Positions 21,941-32,819 of a stretch of 64,000 nt of DNA are shown here, one piece after another (the stretch's first letter is position 1; every line of letters begins with the position of its first letter). The position numbers and the translations under genes were made by a program. Origin of the DNA: an uncultured Pseudomonadales bacterium (GTDB lineage Bacteria > Patescibacteriota > Microgenomatia > UBA1400 > CAYXSR01); assembly GCA_964430265.1 (NCBI GenBank), contig CAYSEI010000005.1, forward strand, positions 14,784 to 78,783, written 5' to 3'. The notes below the pieces were generated by a model, which worked only from the letters and a program-made list of their open reading frames with translations, was not told the origin of the DNA and did not search any database.

Positions 21941-22772
21941 CTTTGATCTTTTTTATTTCTCCATCACACGCAGGACACTCTTCCCCTTCCCGACCATATA
22001 CTTTTAAATGATTTTGCATTTCCCCTCTTTCACCATCAATATCACGAAAAGAGCCGTTCTCTGCAGTAGAACCGCTGTACTTAATTCCTTTTTTCAAGGC
22101 TTTTTTAATACAAGGCAAAAGTTGCTTAACTTTTTTTGGATCTTCTTTTACTACTTTATTAGCCGGTCTTCTGGGATCAATCCGGGCACAAAACAAAGCT
22201 TCAGCAGCATAAATATTGCCAACTCCGGCAATATCTTTTTGATCCATAATCACAGTTTTTATAGCTCTGCGTGTATTACCCAATATTTTTTTTAAGTATT
22301 TGAAAGTAAAATCTTTTGAAAAAGGCTCTGGTCCAAACTCTCTGTCAAAAAGTTTTTCCGGTAAAGGCTCTTTATTAAACTTTTTCACTTTAACCCAGCC
22401 AAAAGCACGCAAATCATTGAAAAACAAAAATGTATCGTCATGAAACTGAATTTCCACGCGTGTGTATTTGTTAGGAAGCTTAGCAGAATCATAAACAGAT
22501 TCATTTTCCTCGTCCTTTTTTATACCTTTTTCCTCCCGGTACAAAAGTTGTCCAGTCATTTTTAAATGCACCAAAAGAAAATGAAATTCCTCAAGTTCAA
22601 TTGCCAGATATTTTCCATAGCGCAAAACCTTCTCAACCTTTTTATTAATAATATCTTTTTTATTTCCCTCAAAATTCTTTTTTCTGTAAATCTTAACTTT
22701 GGAAATCTTTTTACCAATAATATTTTTTTCCAATCCTCTTCTCACTGTTTCAACTTCAGGCAATTCTGGCAT
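21897..22772 (-). CDS. mutM: Formamidopyrimidine-DNA glycosylase (Fpg/MutM)
   Basis: N-terminal PELPEVE catalytic proline; H2TH; C-terminal zinc finger C-x2-C...C-x2-C (CPACDG...CPKCQN). Confidence 0.85.
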   Translation of the reverse strand: MPELPEVETVRRGLEKNIIGKKISKVKIYRKKNFEGNKKDIINKKVEKVLRYGKYLAIELEEFHFLLVHLKMTGQLLYREEKGIKKDEENESVYDSAKLPNKYTRVEIQFHDDTFLFFNDLRAFGWVKVKKFNKEPLPEKLFDREFGPEPFSKDFTFKYLKKILGNTRRAIKTVIMDQKDIAGVGNIYAAEALFCARIDPRRPANKVVKEDPKKVKQLLPCIKKALKKGIKYSGSTAENGSFRDIDGERGEMQNHLKVYGREGEECPACDGEIKKIKVGGRGTYFCPKCQN

Positions 22773-23877
22773 ATTCTCTCCTTACTGTTCTTTTTATTTT
22801 TTTAATAAATTCTTCTTCTTTAAACTGCTCAGCCTTATTAATACAAGCTTTTTTATCAAATCTTTTTACATTAAAATTATTTAAAAGTTTTACTAACTCA
22901 TCAACTTTTTTCTTTTTAAGAAAAACCCCCGTTTTCTCAGGTTCAATAGTTTCTTTAACCCCACCGGATTTTAAAGCAATCACCGGTTTACCAAAAGCCA
23001 TTGCTTCTAAAGGAGTAATGCCAAAATCTTCTTCTTCTGCTAAATATAAGACTGCTTTGCTATTTGTATAAAGTTCATTTAGTCTTTTATCCTTTATATA
23101 ACCCATAAATCTAATATTTTCCGCTCCATCTGCTATTTTCTTTAGCCTTTTTTCATCTCTTCCTGTTCCGGCAATAATTAATTTTTCTCCGGTCTTTTTA
23201 AAAGCCTTAATTGCTAAATCAATATTTTTGTGTCTGACTAAGCGGTTTACCATTAAAAAATATTCATTTCCCTCTTCCGTATCTGCGTTCAAGTTTTCAC
23301 TTTTACTAGACAAAATCGGCGGATAAATAACTTCTGCATCTCTTCTATAAAACTTTTTTATTCTTTTTTTCACTTCTTTGCTGTTGCAAACAAAATAGTC
23401 AACCCGCTGGGAAGAAAGAAAATCATAATAGCGCATAAAAGGATTAACTATTGCTGCATACAGTCTCCCAAACCAAAAGCGTCGATAATCTCTGGCTGTA
23501 CGATAACCGTATAAATATCGCGGCGGAGTATGTAAATAGCAGAGATGTAAGGTTTCAGGCATTGTAACCACGCTCTTGGGCATAAACCAAGCAGAAGACG
23601 AAATTACTACATCATATTCTTTTAAATCAAATTTCTCCCAGATCCAGGGAGTTAAAAAACGCAAAGGGGAAGTAAGTTTTTTATGGATTGGGACTTTTTG
23701 AAGCCAAGAAGTTCTAATATCCCAATCTTGCCATTCTTTTTTTTCTTTTTTTATCCACTTAAAATCAGCCCAAGCAGTATAGATCGGCGCATCCGGCCAA
23801 ATTTTGTGTAATGCTTCCAAAACCCGCTCTGCACCGCCGTAAACATAAAGATAATCATGAATTATTGCTACTTTCAT
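22756..23877 (-). CDS. Glycosyltransferase family 4 (GT-B, group 1)
   Basis: MKVAIIHDYLYVYGGAERV N-terminus and C-terminal E-x7-E-like region typical of GT4. Confidence 0.65.
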   Translation of the reverse strand: MKVAIIHDYLYVYGGAERVLEALHKIWPDAPIYTAWADFKWIKKEKKEWQDWDIRTSWLQKVPIHKKLTSPLRFLTPWIWEKFDLKEYDVVISSSAWFMPKSVVTMPETLHLCYLHTPPRYLYGYRTARDYRRFWFGRLYAAIVNPFMRYYDFLSSQRVDYFVCNSKEVKKRIKKFYRRDAEVIYPPILSSKSENLNADTEEGNEYFLMVNRLVRHKNIDLAIKAFKKTGEKLIIAGTGRDEKRLKKIADGAENIRFMGYIKDKRLNELYTNSKAVLYLAEEEDFGITPLEAMAFGKPVIALKSGGVKETIEPEKTGVFLKKKKVDELVKLLNNFNVKRFDKKACINKAEQFKEEEFIKKIKRTVRREYARIA

Positions 23878-23880
23878 ATC

Positions 23881-24831
23881 TTAAAAAAGCTCAATTTGTT
23901 TTTTTTCTTGCTTCTTTTTTTCTGGAGCAGTTTCTTTTGAACGGGTCAAAATATCCATTACTTCCTCTTCCCACGTATTCTTAGGAAGCTTGCTAATCAA
24001 GCTTTTGAATTCCAGTTTTTCAAAAAGTTTAATAACTTCATCTTTGTCGTATTCTTTTAATTTAGATTCATTTAATTTTAATTCAACATTCACGTCCTGC
24101 ACAATTTCTGCCAACTGCTTGGACATAAAAGCCTCTTCTTTATATTTTTCTAATTTGTTCTTTACACCTTTACTTAATTTGTCTAAGTTTTGATAAATTT
24201 CTTCTAAAGTTCCGTAATTATTAATCAATTTAGTGGCAGTTTTGGGACCAACTCCTTTTACTCCCGGTAATCCGTCAGAAGGATCACCAATCAAAGCTTT
24301 GTAATCAACAAAATATTTTAATTCAAAACCATATTTTTTTATAAAATCATTTTTCTGCATAATCTTTGCAGGTCTTTTTCCCCTCCTGGGAAAGTATATT
24401 TTAACTGCTCCATTTAAAAGCTGTAAAAGATCTTTATCACTAGTAACAATAATTGTTTCCGCTTCTTTTCTAGCCTGCTTAGCAAATGTACCAATTAAAT
24501 CATCTGCCTCATATCCTTCTTTTGCAAAATGCGGGATACCCAAAGTTTCAACTACTTGCTTTACCCGTTTAATCTGGCAAGCCAGTTCTTTATCCATCTC
24601 TGGACGATGTGCTTTGTAATCTTTGAATTCTTTATGCCTGAATGTTGGTCCTTTTTTATCAAAAGCAACCACACAATATTCAGGCTTAAGCTCATTTAAA
24701 ACATTTAAAAGAATCCTGGTAAATCCATACACAGCATTAATCAGTTCACCATCAGAAGTAGTTAAAGGAGGGAGTGCGTGATATGCACGGTGTAAGATAC
24801 CATGGCCGTCAATTAGAACTAGCTTTTTCAT
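23881..24831 (-). CDS. 5'-3' exonuclease (stand-alone Pol I N-terminal / FEN-like domain)
   Basis: [17 protein letters not shown]...AFDKKGPTFRHKEF...ADDLIGT: PIN-like 5' nuclease plus H3TH. Confidence 0.85.
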   Translation of the reverse strand: MKKLVLIDGHGILHRAYHALPPLTTSDGELINAVYGFTRILLNVLNELKPEYCVVAFDKKGPTFRHKEFKDYKAHRPEMDKELACQIKRVKQVVETLGIPHFAKEGYEADDLIGTFAKQARKEAETIIVTSDKDLLQLLNGAVKIYFPRRGKRPAKIMQKNDFIKKYGFELKYFVDYKALIGDPSDGLPGVKGVGPKTATKLINNYGTLEEIYQNLDKLSKGVKNKLEKYKEEAFMSKQLAEIVQDVNVELKLNESKLKEYDKDEVIKLFEKLEFKSLISKLPKNTWEEEVMDILTRSKETAPEKKKQEKKQIELF

Positions 24832-26713
24832 TGTTCATTAATTTCTCAAACTCATCCTGTTCAATAGTCTCTTTTTCTAATAAAACATCCACAATCTTAT
24901 CCAGTTTCTTTTTATTATCTTTTAAAATCTTTTCTGCATTTTTATAACACTGATCAATAATTTTATTAATCTGTTCATCTACCTTAGAACGCATCTCATC
25001 AGAAATTTCTGATGGTTTCATATATGCTTCTCCCCATTCTGTTTTGTCATATATCTTGCCAAAATGAATTGGTCCTAAATCACTCATGCCCAGCTTTATA
25101 ACCATCCGGCGGACAATCTGAGTTGCCCTTTCAATGTCTGATGCTGCACCGGAAGTTAAATCATCAAAAATCATTGTCTCAGCTGCCCTTCCACCCAACA
25201 AAGACGTAATTATTTCCAACATATGGGATCTTGTTTCATGCTGTCTATCTCTTTCCGGCGGAATTAAAGTATAACCTAAGGCTTTACCTCGAGAAACAAT
25301 TGAAACTCGATGAACCGGATCCATTCGTTCCAAAAGATGGGTTACCAAAGCATGCCCTGCTTCGTGGTAAGCAGTCATTTTTCTTTCGTGTTCGCTTTGC
25401 AATCTTTTCTTTTCCGGCCCCAATTTAACTTTCATTGCTGCTTCTTCCAAATCATCAGAAGTAATCTCTTTGCGGTCATGTCTAGCCGCCCAAATCGCTG
25501 CTTCATTAAGCATGTTTTCCAAATCCGCACCGGAAAAACCAACTGTTCTTTTAGCTACCCTTTTCCATTCAACTTCTTCTGAAAACGGTTTGCCTTTTTT
25601 GTGTATTTTAATAATTTTTTTACGGCCTTCAAGATCAGGCAGTTCTAAAACCACTCTACGGTCAAAACGTCCGGGACGCATTAATGCCGGGTCAAGCAAG
25701 TCCCCCCTGTTAGTGGCTGCAATTACGATTACATTATCATGCGGTTCAAATCCATCCATTTCAACAAGTATCTGATTTAAAGTCTGTTCTCGTTCACCGT
25801 GTCCTCCGGAAACACCTGCACCACGCATTCTCCCGATAGCATCAATTTCGTCTATAAAAATTATTGAAGGAGCGGCTTTTTTAGCGTTTTTGAATAAGTC
25901 TCTTGCCCTGGAAGCACCAACTCCCACTAACATTTCCATAAACTCGGATCCGGCAATTGAGAAAAAAGGCACTTTCGCTTCACCAGCAACAGCTCTTGCT
26001 AGTAAAGTTTTACCGGTTCCACTGGGTCCAACCAGTAAAACACCTTTAGGGGTTCTTGCTCCTACTTTTTCATACTTCTTAGGATGTTTTAAAAAGTCAA
26101 CCACTTCCTGCATTTCATTTTTTGCTTCTTTAATGTCTCCTACATCATCAAAAGTAATATCTTGCTTGCCCTTAGCAAATAATTTGGCACTCGATTTACC
26201 AAATGAAAAAATTGAGTCTTGCGAACCTTTTGCCTGGCGGAAGATAAAAAAGAAAATTGCTCCGGTTAAGATTACAGGAAGAAGGATCTCTAGGATAGTT
26301 CCCCATGTTTTTGCCATAGACTGATCCCTGACCTTGTAATTCACTTCTGTTGGATTGATACCAGCATTATCTAAAACATCAGTAAACGTTTCCTGCGGTT
26401 CTTTGCGTGAAGTAAAAAGCTTATCGTCTTTGTATTCAACATACAAAGTTTCACCTTCCACTTCCACCTGCTCTACTTTATCTTCCCGAATATCCTGCAG
26501 AACTTGGGGTAGATTTTTGTCTCCTTCTGGAACTGGTCCTCTAAGGGCTAAAAAGAAATTAACTGCAATAAAACCAACAAACAACCAGAGAAGAATATTT
26601 TTGAGACTGAAATTAAATTTAAACTCAAACTTTTTTATCTTCTTGTCCGGAAGCTTATCTTTCCAGTTTTCCTTCTTATCACCTTGTTTCTTTTCCTCTT
26701 TATTCATACGCAT
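24809..26713 (-). CDS. ftsH: ATP-dependent zinc metalloprotease FtsH
   Basis: N-terminal TMs; AAA module [18 protein letters not shown]; HEAGHAL zinc site. Confidence 0.95.
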   Translation of the reverse strand: MRMNKEEKKQGDKKENWKDKLPDKKIKKFEFKFNFSLKNILLWLFVGFIAVNFFLALRGPVPEGDKNLPQVLQDIREDKVEQVEVEGETLYVEYKDDKLFTSRKEPQETFTDVLDNAGINPTEVNYKVRDQSMAKTWGTILEILLPVILTGAIFFFIFRQAKGSQDSIFSFGKSSAKLFAKGKQDITFDDVGDIKEAKNEMQEVVDFLKHPKKYEKVGARTPKGVLLVGPSGTGKTLLARAVAGEAKVPFFSIAGSEFMEMLVGVGASRARDLFKNAKKAAPSIIFIDEIDAIGRMRGAGVSGGHGEREQTLNQILVEMDGFEPHDNVIVIAATNRGDLLDPALMRPGRFDRRVVLELPDLEGRKKIIKIHKKGKPFSEEVEWKRVAKRTVGFSGADLENMLNEAAIWAARHDRKEITSDDLEEAAMKVKLGPEKKRLQSEHERKMTAYHEAGHALVTHLLERMDPVHRVSIVSRGKALGYTLIPPERDRQHETRSHMLEIITSLLGGRAAETMIFDDLTSGAASDIERATQIVRRMVIKLGMSDLGPIHFGKIYDKTEWGEAYMKPSEISDEMRSKVDEQINKIIDQCYKNAEKILKDNKKKLDKIVDVLLEKETIEQDEFEKLMNNEKASSN

Positions 26714-26801
26714 AAATTATACCAAATTCTGCTATTTACTTCTAGGATAAATTTAAAATTATTTTAATAATTAGACCTTTTCTGCTAATATAAAAAGAAA
26801 T

Positions 26802-28340
26802 ATGGATCAAGAAAGACAAATATCTCCTATAAGCAAAGAACTAAGCCAAAGAATGAAAGAAGCACCTTGGCTTAATACCCGACCTGAAAAAGTTGTCATA
26901 GATCCAACAAATAATTTTATATCCAGGGGTGCAAAAACAAAGGTTTATAGAGCAAAGGCTCTTTTCCCTCAGGAAGCAAGTATTCCACCCACAGAAGCCG
27001 TAGTAAAAACACCTCACAGCTTAGGAATAGAACGTACGCAAAAACAGCTAAGTGAAACAGTACAAACAGAAGCTAAGGTTACACACCGTATTTTGGAATC
27101 CTGGCAAAATCTATTTCCTGACAGAGATTTACCAATTCCTTTATCTCAATTTTATGAAGGTATAGAAATACAGACTGTTCAACCTGACAAGGCTCGTGAA
27201 GAAGAAAAGATTCCCCCAAAAGCTGATACTATTCTTATATCTGAGTATGTTGACTCAGAATATGTAAATTTCTTTAAAGCTTGTACAGAAAATAGCCAGG
27301 ATGCTTTTACTGCACAAGAAATTTTTGATTACACATTATATGAAAGTTTGCGCTTAGCAGAAGCTATGCACAAAGCCGGTATCTACGTAGCTGACAGAAA
27401 ACATAATGATATTCGAGTAAAATATGAAAGTAGTCAAAGTAGTACAGATGTTTCTGTACGAGTGTTAGACTGGAATGTTGCTGACATAAAAGAAAAACTT
27501 GAACAAAATGACAGATCTTTTGACACGAATGCTCTAAGACAAATCAGAATACACTTAGGCCTCTTTCGCGACTTTTTTGGTGTAAAATTTGAAGGAAAAA
27601 AAGAGATTTACGGAACAGATATAGAAAAAATTGCTGGATCAAATGATACTTTTATTACTGTGTTTAAAAAAAGAATAGAACAAATAGACCGGCTTTGCCA
27701 AGCAATTGATACATATAAGCCGCGCGTAGTAGAACAAAAAGCTGAACGTAATAGAGAAGGAGTCCGCATATCAGAAACAGTAGAAAAACCATTAAGTTAT
27801 ACAGACAGTTATCTTCCTGATACAGCTGCCAATGCTATTGGAATATTAAAAGCAGCCTTTTTAAAAGGTAGTTACCACCTAGATAAGCTTTTAGAACGAA
27901 CAACTATTAGCAAAGAACATATCATCCCTCATAATCAAGAATTATCTATAAGACAATTAAAAAGAGAAACTATATTAGAGCATTTAATCCAAAAACAAAA
28001 AAATGAAAGTCTTTTAAAAAAATTACAAATCAGTCTAAATGAAGGTTATCACACGGAAAGTATGAAAGCGTTATATCTTTTATTTCAAGCAATGGAGACC
28101 AGTTATGATCCTAACTGGTCTTTTATAAAACAAGATGCAATAAAAATAATAAAAGAAATTGGCAAGAGAATGAAAGCTGGTGAAAGTTTGTTGGATATCC
28201 TTCCTTCTTCCTATGAATACGAAGATTTTTCTTCAGAAGCCTTTATCAATGATTTGTTTTTAGTTGGATTTACTGATTTAGCAACAGAAGCAAACGAGCA
28301 ACGCTTATTTCAAGCGCTTCAAATTATAGAAAGAATGTAA
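26802..28340 (+). CDS. Hypothetical protein (no recognisable domain); only sizeable plus-strand gene in this region
   Basis: 512-aa ORF; Lys/Glu-rich and predicted mostly helical; no motif recognised. Confidence 0.4.
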   Translation: MDQERQISPISKELSQRMKEAPWLNTRPEKVVIDPTNNFISRGAKTKVYRAKALFPQEASIPPTEAVVKTPHSLGIERTQKQLSETVQTEAKVTHRILESWQNLFPDRDLPIPLSQFYEGIEIQTVQPDKAREEEKIPPKADTILISEYVDSEYVNFFKACTENSQDAFTAQEIFDYTLYESLRLAEAMHKAGIYVADRKHNDIRVKYESSQSSTDVSVRVLDWNVADIKEKLEQNDRSFDTNALRQIRIHLGLFRDFFGVKFEGKKEIYGTDIEKIAGSNDTFITVFKKRIEQIDRLCQAIDTYKPRVVEQKAERNREGVRISETVEKPLSYTDSYLPDTAANAIGILKAAFLKGSYHLDKLLERTTISKEHIIPHNQELSIRQLKRETILEHLIQKQKNESLLKKLQISLNEGYHTESMKALYLLFQAMETSYDPNWSFIKQDAIKIIKEIGKRMKAGESLLDILPSSYEYEDFSSEAFINDLFLVGFTDLATEANEQRLFQALQIIERM

Positions 28341-28380
28341 TCCCCGGAGTCTATACACATTAAACCCCGGGTTCAGTAAA

Positions 28381-29550
28381 TCACATCAAATTCTTATACA
28401 CATTTTCTACATCCTTATCCCCTCTTCCTGAAAGATTAACTACCAGCACTTTGTCTTTTTCCAACTTTTTTCCTAATTTCAATGCATATGCAACTGCATG
28501 TGCTGATTCCAAAGCAGGTATAATTCCTTCTTTTTCTGATAAAAGACTAAATGCATCAACCGCTTCTTTATCAGTTATTCCAACCGCCCTCAAACGTTTT
28601 ATCTGATGCAAGTAACAAGGTTCTGGCCCTACACCGGGATAATCAAGTCCTGATGCTGCTGAATAGGATTCTTTAACATTTCCTTTTTCATCTTGCAAAA
28701 CTTTGCTCTTAAATCCATGTAAAATCCCTGGATGTCCTTTTTGCAGAACAAGACCGTGCTTTTGAGTATTTTCACCTTTACCACCCGGTTCAACCGCAAT
28801 TAATTTCACTTCTTTATCATTAATAAACTCATAAAAAAGCCCCATTGCATTTGAACCACCACCCACACAAGCAATCAAGTAATTAGGTAAAGTTCCTTCT
28901 TTTTTCAAGATCTGTTTTTTTGCTTCTTCTCCAATTACTTTCTGAAAGTCCCTAACCATTGTTGGATAAGGATGTGGCCCTACAACTGAACCTAGACAAT
29001 AAAAAGCATTTTCGTCCTTTAAATATGCTCCTAATGCCGCATCTACTGCCTCTTTTAAGGTCTTGCGACCCTTAGTAACTTTAACAACTTTTGCTCCTAA
29101 TAACTGCATGCGGTAAACATTTATGTTCTGGTTAATATAGTCACGTTCACCCATATACACTTCACATTCAATTCCCATTAAAGCAGCTGCCGTTGCTGTT
29201 GCTACTCCATGCTGACCTGCTCCTGTTTCTGCAATTAATTTTTCTTTGTTCATTTTTTTTGCAATCAATCCCTGGCCCAAAGTATTGTTTATCTTATGTG
29301 CCCCAGTGTGGTTTAAATCCTCTCGCTTTAAATAAATTCTGGTTCCATTGCATAACTTAGATAATTTAGATGCAAAATATAAAGGACTTGGACGTCCAAT
29401 ATAATCCATTTGCAAACTTAAAAGTTCATCTTTAAACTTTTTGTCATCCTTTATTTGTAAATACACCTTTTCCAGTTCTTCAAGCCTTTTTACTAACGGC
29501 TCAGGAACATAACAACCACCATAATCACCAAAATATTGCGAAAAATTCAT
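28381..29550 (-). CDS. trpB: Tryptophan synthase beta chain (stand-alone; no trpA in window)
   Basis: [17 protein letters not shown] (PLP lysine), GGGSNAMG. Confidence 0.85.
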   Translation of the reverse strand: MNFSQYFGDYGGCYVPEPLVKRLEELEKVYLQIKDDKKFKDELLSLQMDYIGRPSPLYFASKLSKLCNGTRIYLKREDLNHTGAHKINNTLGQGLIAKKMNKEKLIAETGAGQHGVATATAAALMGIECEVYMGERDYINQNINVYRMQLLGAKVVKVTKGRKTLKEAVDAALGAYLKDENAFYCLGSVVGPHPYPTMVRDFQKVIGEEAKKQILKKEGTLPNYLIACVGGGSNAMGLFYEFINDKEVKLIAVEPGGKGENTQKHGLVLQKGHPGILHGFKSKVLQDEKGNVKESYSAASGLDYPGVGPEPCYLHQIKRLRAVGITDKEAVDAFSLLSEKEGIIPALESAHAVAYALKLGKKLEKDKVLVVNLSGRGDKDVENVYKNLM

Positions 29551-29631
29551 TTTAATATCCTTTCTAAAATAAATAACTTAAAATAACTAATATCTAATAA
29601 GTAAATATCTAATTAAAAATAACTAGATAAC

Positions 29632-29655
29632 AAAAAAGCCCGCAAAAAGCGGGCT
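29632..29655 (-). terminator. Rho-independent terminator after trpS
   Basis: Minus strand reads GCCCGCTTTTTGCGGGC followed by TTTTTTG. Confidence 0.6.
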
Positions 29656-29740
29656 TTATACACTAAAGTAATATTATTACTTCACCACCCGCTTCTTGGA
29701 TATCTTTTCCACCAAATATAGTCGGTTTTAAATTTAAAAT

Positions 29741-30760
29741 TCATATTGAATATTTATTTATTAACCCAATTTTGTCTCTTACCTCTTCCATTTTTTCTTG
29801 TGCTTCTTTTTTAACTAACGCAGTACCCTGCTTTAAAATTTCTTTTATTTTCTCTGGATTTTGCTTTAAGTTTCGATATCTCTTTCTAAACTCTGAAAAC
29901 TTTTTCAAATGAGCTTGAAAAAGTTTTTCTTTTACTTCCACATCTCCCACTTCACCTTTTCTATACCTTTCTTTCAAGTCCTTAACTTGCTTTTTATCTT
30001 CATTTAACAAATCATGATAAATAAAAATCGGATTATCTATTACCCTGCCCGGATCAGTTGGGTGAATTCTTTTAGGGTCAGTAAAAGTTTCCATTATTTG
30101 TTTTTTAATCTTTTTTTCATCTTCAAAAACTGAAATAACATTTCCTAAGCTTTTGCTCATTTTCCTCTTCCCGTCTGTTCCCACCAGACGAGCAACTTGT
30201 TTTTGAATGTATGCTTCTGGTAATTTAAAAGTTTCACCATAAGTACTGTTAAAATACTCAGCAATGTCTCTTGTAACTTCAACATGCTGCTTTTGGTCGT
30301 CTCCAACAGGCACATAGTCCGGCTCATATAATAAAATATCTGCGGCCATTAAAACAGGATAGCTGAATAGTCCCATATTTATTTTGCTGGGATCATAACC
30401 TTTTTCCAATTTATCTTTATATGCATGGCAACGTTTAATTAATCCAATCGGAGTAACATTATTTAAGAGCGTCTGTAAATTTGGATGCAAAACAATATCA
30501 GATTGCCGATAGAATAATACTTTCTCAGGATCAAAACCAAATGACAAATAAGACAAAATTATGTTTTCAACATTTCTTTGCAAATCTTTTTTATTTTGAA
30601 CAGTTGTTAAAGCATGTAAATCTGCAATAAAAAAATAGACTTTTTCAGCTTTTTGCGCCATTTCTAAAAATGGCTTCACGGTTCCAAAATAGTTACCAAT
30701 ATGCACCTCTCCGCTACCAGACGGAGTAATTCCAGTCAAAATTGAATATTTTTTTTTCAT
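29741..30760 (-). CDS. trpS: Tryptophan--tRNA ligase
   Basis: HIGH-type motif GSGEVHIGNYFG and KMSKS; 339 aa. Confidence 0.9.
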   Translation of the reverse strand: MKKKYSILTGITPSGSGEVHIGNYFGTVKPFLEMAQKAEKVYFFIADLHALTTVQNKKDLQRNVENIILSYLSFGFDPEKVLFYRQSDIVLHPNLQTLLNNVTPIGLIKRCHAYKDKLEKGYDPSKINMGLFSYPVLMAADILLYEPDYVPVGDDQKQHVEVTRDIAEYFNSTYGETFKLPEAYIQKQVARLVGTDGKRKMSKSLGNVISVFEDEKKIKKQIMETFTDPKRIHPTDPGRVIDNPIFIYHDLLNEDKKQVKDLKERYRKGEVGDVEVKEKLFQAHLKKFSEFRKRYRNLKQNPEKIKEILKQGTALVKKEAQEKMEEVRDKIGLINKYSI

Positions 30761-30799
30761 TTTTTCTCCTTATTCTGCCATAGCCTTTTTTTGCGTAGA

Positions 30800-31045
30800 C
30801 AGACTTAATTTACTAAAAAAGCCCTTGCAAAAACACGAATTTAGTCATGTTTTTGCAAGGGCCTTTCTGGCGGTACCACCTTGCTTTATCAGAACTTTAC
30901 AGTTCTGAACTCTGCAACCGACTCTTTTTGATATCGGTTTGAAAGATAACGGTCTCCTTCCGGGAAAGACTACTTAATTTCTTGTTCATCCCTCCAGCTG
31001 ATAGGGCCCATTCTCCCCGTCATTGCTTTTATTTTCTCAATCTTA
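30800..31045 (-). promoter_or_regulatory. T-box riboswitch leader (probably Trp-specific) upstream of trpS
   Basis: Minus strand contains AGCAAGGTGGTACCGCCAG (T-box consensus AGGGTGGNACCGCG) followed by the terminator GCCCTTGCAAAAACAcg...cgTGTTTTTGCAAGGGC plus TTTTTT. A Stem I candidate with GCUGGAG (UGG specifier) lies upstream. Confidence 0.65.
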
Positions 31046-31059
31046 ACACAAATAAAAAT

Positions 31060-31263
31060 TTAATCAAGCTCTTTTTTAACCGGCTCCAAAAACTGCTCTT
31101 TGGTTAACCAAGGCGCCAATTTGTGCACCTTGTCCAAAATCTTTTTTCTTGCTGTTTTACTGGCATTTTTTAGATACTCTTTTCTAAGTCTGCCAAGTTT
31201 TTCCTGCCTTTTTTGCTTTTGCTGAATTTGCATTTTTCTTCTTTTTGGATTTGATCTTCCCAT
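31060..31263 (-). CDS. Small highly basic hypothetical protein (67 aa)
   Basis: ORF between tRNA-Met and the T-box leader, about 35% Lys/Arg; no homolog recognised; may be spurious. Confidence 0.25.
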   Translation of the reverse strand: MGRSNPKRRKMQIQQKQKRQEKLGRLRKEYLKNASKTARKKILDKVHKLAPWLTKEQFLEPVKKELD

Positions 31264-31294
31264 ATTTTCCTTTCTATTTAAAAATTACTTTATG

Positions 31295-31367
31295 TGCCAG
31301 CGGGTGGAATCGAACCACCGACCTTGGCCTTATGAAGACCCTGCTCTAACCCCTGAGCCACGCTGGC
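31295..31367 (-). tRNA. tRNA-Met (anticodon CAT; elongator-type, G1:C72 paired)
   Basis: Reverse complement GCCAGCGTGGCTCAGGGGTTAGAGCAGGGTCTTCATAAGGCCAAGGTCGGTGGTTCGATTCCACCCGCTGGCA; canonical D and T arms. Confidence 0.8.
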
Positions 31368-31380
31368 TTCATAAAAATTG

Positions 31381-31453
31381 TAGCGGGTCCTAGGTACCGC
31401 CCCTAGGTTAAGTGAGGTTATGAGCCTCACGGGATACTTACCCCCCACCCGCT
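31381..31453 (-). ncRNA. tRNA-like element with a CAT anticodon loop (CUCAUAA) but non-canonical D and T loops; possible tRNA-Met pseudogene or unusual tRNA
   Basis: Perfect 7-bp acceptor stem AGCGGGT/ACCCGCT; anticodon arm TGAGG-CTCATAA-CCTCA; T-arm CCTAGG-GGCGGTA-CCTAGG lacks TTCRA; 3-bp D stem. Confidence 0.4.
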
Positions 31454-31519
31454 GTCTTGCTTAACGCAACCTATATTTTAACATCTAAACATTTTTTCGA
31501 CAAGATCAGTAAATGATTT

Positions 31520-31879
31520 TTACTCTTTTATAAACACATTCAACCATTTTTCCCAGTTAGGAAGATTTTGTTTTTCTTCTTCTCCCAAATGTTTATCTGT
31601 TAACTCTAGTTCTTCCGGAAGAATTATTACAGTTTCGTCTGGCTTTGCCATTCCTAATTTATCTCTAATTTCTTTCTCAAGATAATAATCATTTTTACCG
31701 TCTTTTTGCTGTTTTTTAAGTTTTTCGTTCTCTTCTACTATTGCTGCTAATTTTTTTTCCGCATCCTCTAAACGTTGTCCTGCATTCATTAAACGATATA
31801 TATCCTTGCTAACATTAAAAATTAACAGTAATATCAAGCAAATAGATAAATAGTAAGTAGTTTTTTTTATAATTGACAT
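31520..31879 (-). CDS. ftsB: Cell division protein FtsB/DivIC family (septum formation initiator)
   Basis: N-terminal TM, coiled coil, conserved YYLEKEIRDKLGMAKPDETVI block. Confidence 0.65.
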   Translation of the reverse strand: MSIIKKTTYYLSICLILLLIFNVSKDIYRLMNAGQRLEDAEKKLAAIVEENEKLKKQQKDGKNDYYLEKEIRDKLGMAKPDETVIILPEELELTDKHLGEEEKQNLPNWEKWLNVFIKE

Positions 31880-31943
31880 AAATTACCGTTAATGTTATTA
31901 TAAGACATTCTAAAAAATTACTCCCTGCCTTAAAAATAAGCAA

Positions 31944-32819
31944 ATGAACGAAAATATAATCACAATTGAACTAGCCTATAAAAAATTTCTAGATTATTTA
32001 AAAGATATTGGCCGCAGCCACTCTACTATCTTAGCATATGGTGCAGACCTGCGACAATTAAAACACTCTCTAGAAAAAAGAGGGAAAAATCAAATAGAAG
32101 AAATTAATATTGAAGATCTGCGCAATTTTAAAAAAGAACTCAAAGAAGATAAAGGTTTCTCCCCTAAAACAATCTCCAGAAAAATTAACTCCATGCGAAC
32201 TTTTTTCCGTTTTTTAATTAAAGAAGGGCTTGTCGAAGAAAACTTGGCAAAAGAGCTTGAACAACCGGAAATTAAAGTTAAACCGCCTAATTTTCTTTCT
32301 AAAACCGAGTACCGTGCTCTAAGAGATGCTTGTAGAAATGATAAAAGAATTTTTGCAATTGTTGAACTTTTACTTCAAACCGGAGTAAGAGTTGGCGAGA
32401 TCACCAACATTCGTGTTACTGATGTAGGGAAAAATTATCTTTATATCCGTCCGCACGGCAAATACAAAGGAAGAAAAATTCCCTTAAACAAAGCAGTTAA
32501 AAAAGCAATTGAAGATTATTTGGAAGAAAGGCCGGAAACAGATTCGGAATTCCTTTTTGTAACCAAAAACAACACTAAACTTTTAATCAGAAATATCAGG
32601 ACGATTGTGGACCGGTATTTTGAACAAGCCGGAATCAAAGACGGTAAGCTCAATGATTTACGTAACACTTTTATTGTTCATCAACTAAAAGCAGGTGTAC
32701 CATTAACAACTGTTTCACAATTGGCGGGACACAAACAAATTACTACAACTGAAAGATATTTGAAGCTTGCAAAAGCAACTAATCCAAAACCGCCCAAGTC
32801 AGAAATGGCAATTCTTTAA
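31944..32819 (+). CDS. xerC: Tyrosine recombinase, XerC/XerD family
   Basis: 291 aa; SAM-like N-domain; catalytic region LQTGVRVGEI...LRNTFIVHQLKAGVPL...LAGHKQITTTERYLK (R..HxxR..Y). Confidence 0.75.
   Translation: MNENIITIELAYKKFLDYLKDIGRSHSTILAYGADLRQLKHSLEKRGKNQIEEINIEDLRNFKKELKEDKGFSPKTISRKINSMRTFFRFLIKEGLVEENLAKELEQPEIKVKPPNFLSKTEYRALRDACRNDKRIFAIVELLLQTGVRVGEITNIRVTDVGKNYLYIRPHGKYKGRKIPLNKAVKKAIEDYLEERPETDSEFLFVTKNNTKLLIRNIRTIVDRYFEQAGIKDGKLNDLRNTFIVHQLKAGVPLTTVSQLAGHKQITTTERYLKLAKATNPKPPKSEMAIL

Noticed and set aside
31944-32819. Tyrosine recombinase considered as a prophage or ICE integrase, since it is adjacent to tRNA-Met and a tRNA-like remnant
   Set aside because: Its size (291 aa) and motif set fit chromosomal XerC/XerD. 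No phage structural genes or direct repeats flank it. Kept as XerC/D-like, with the possibility noted in a finding.
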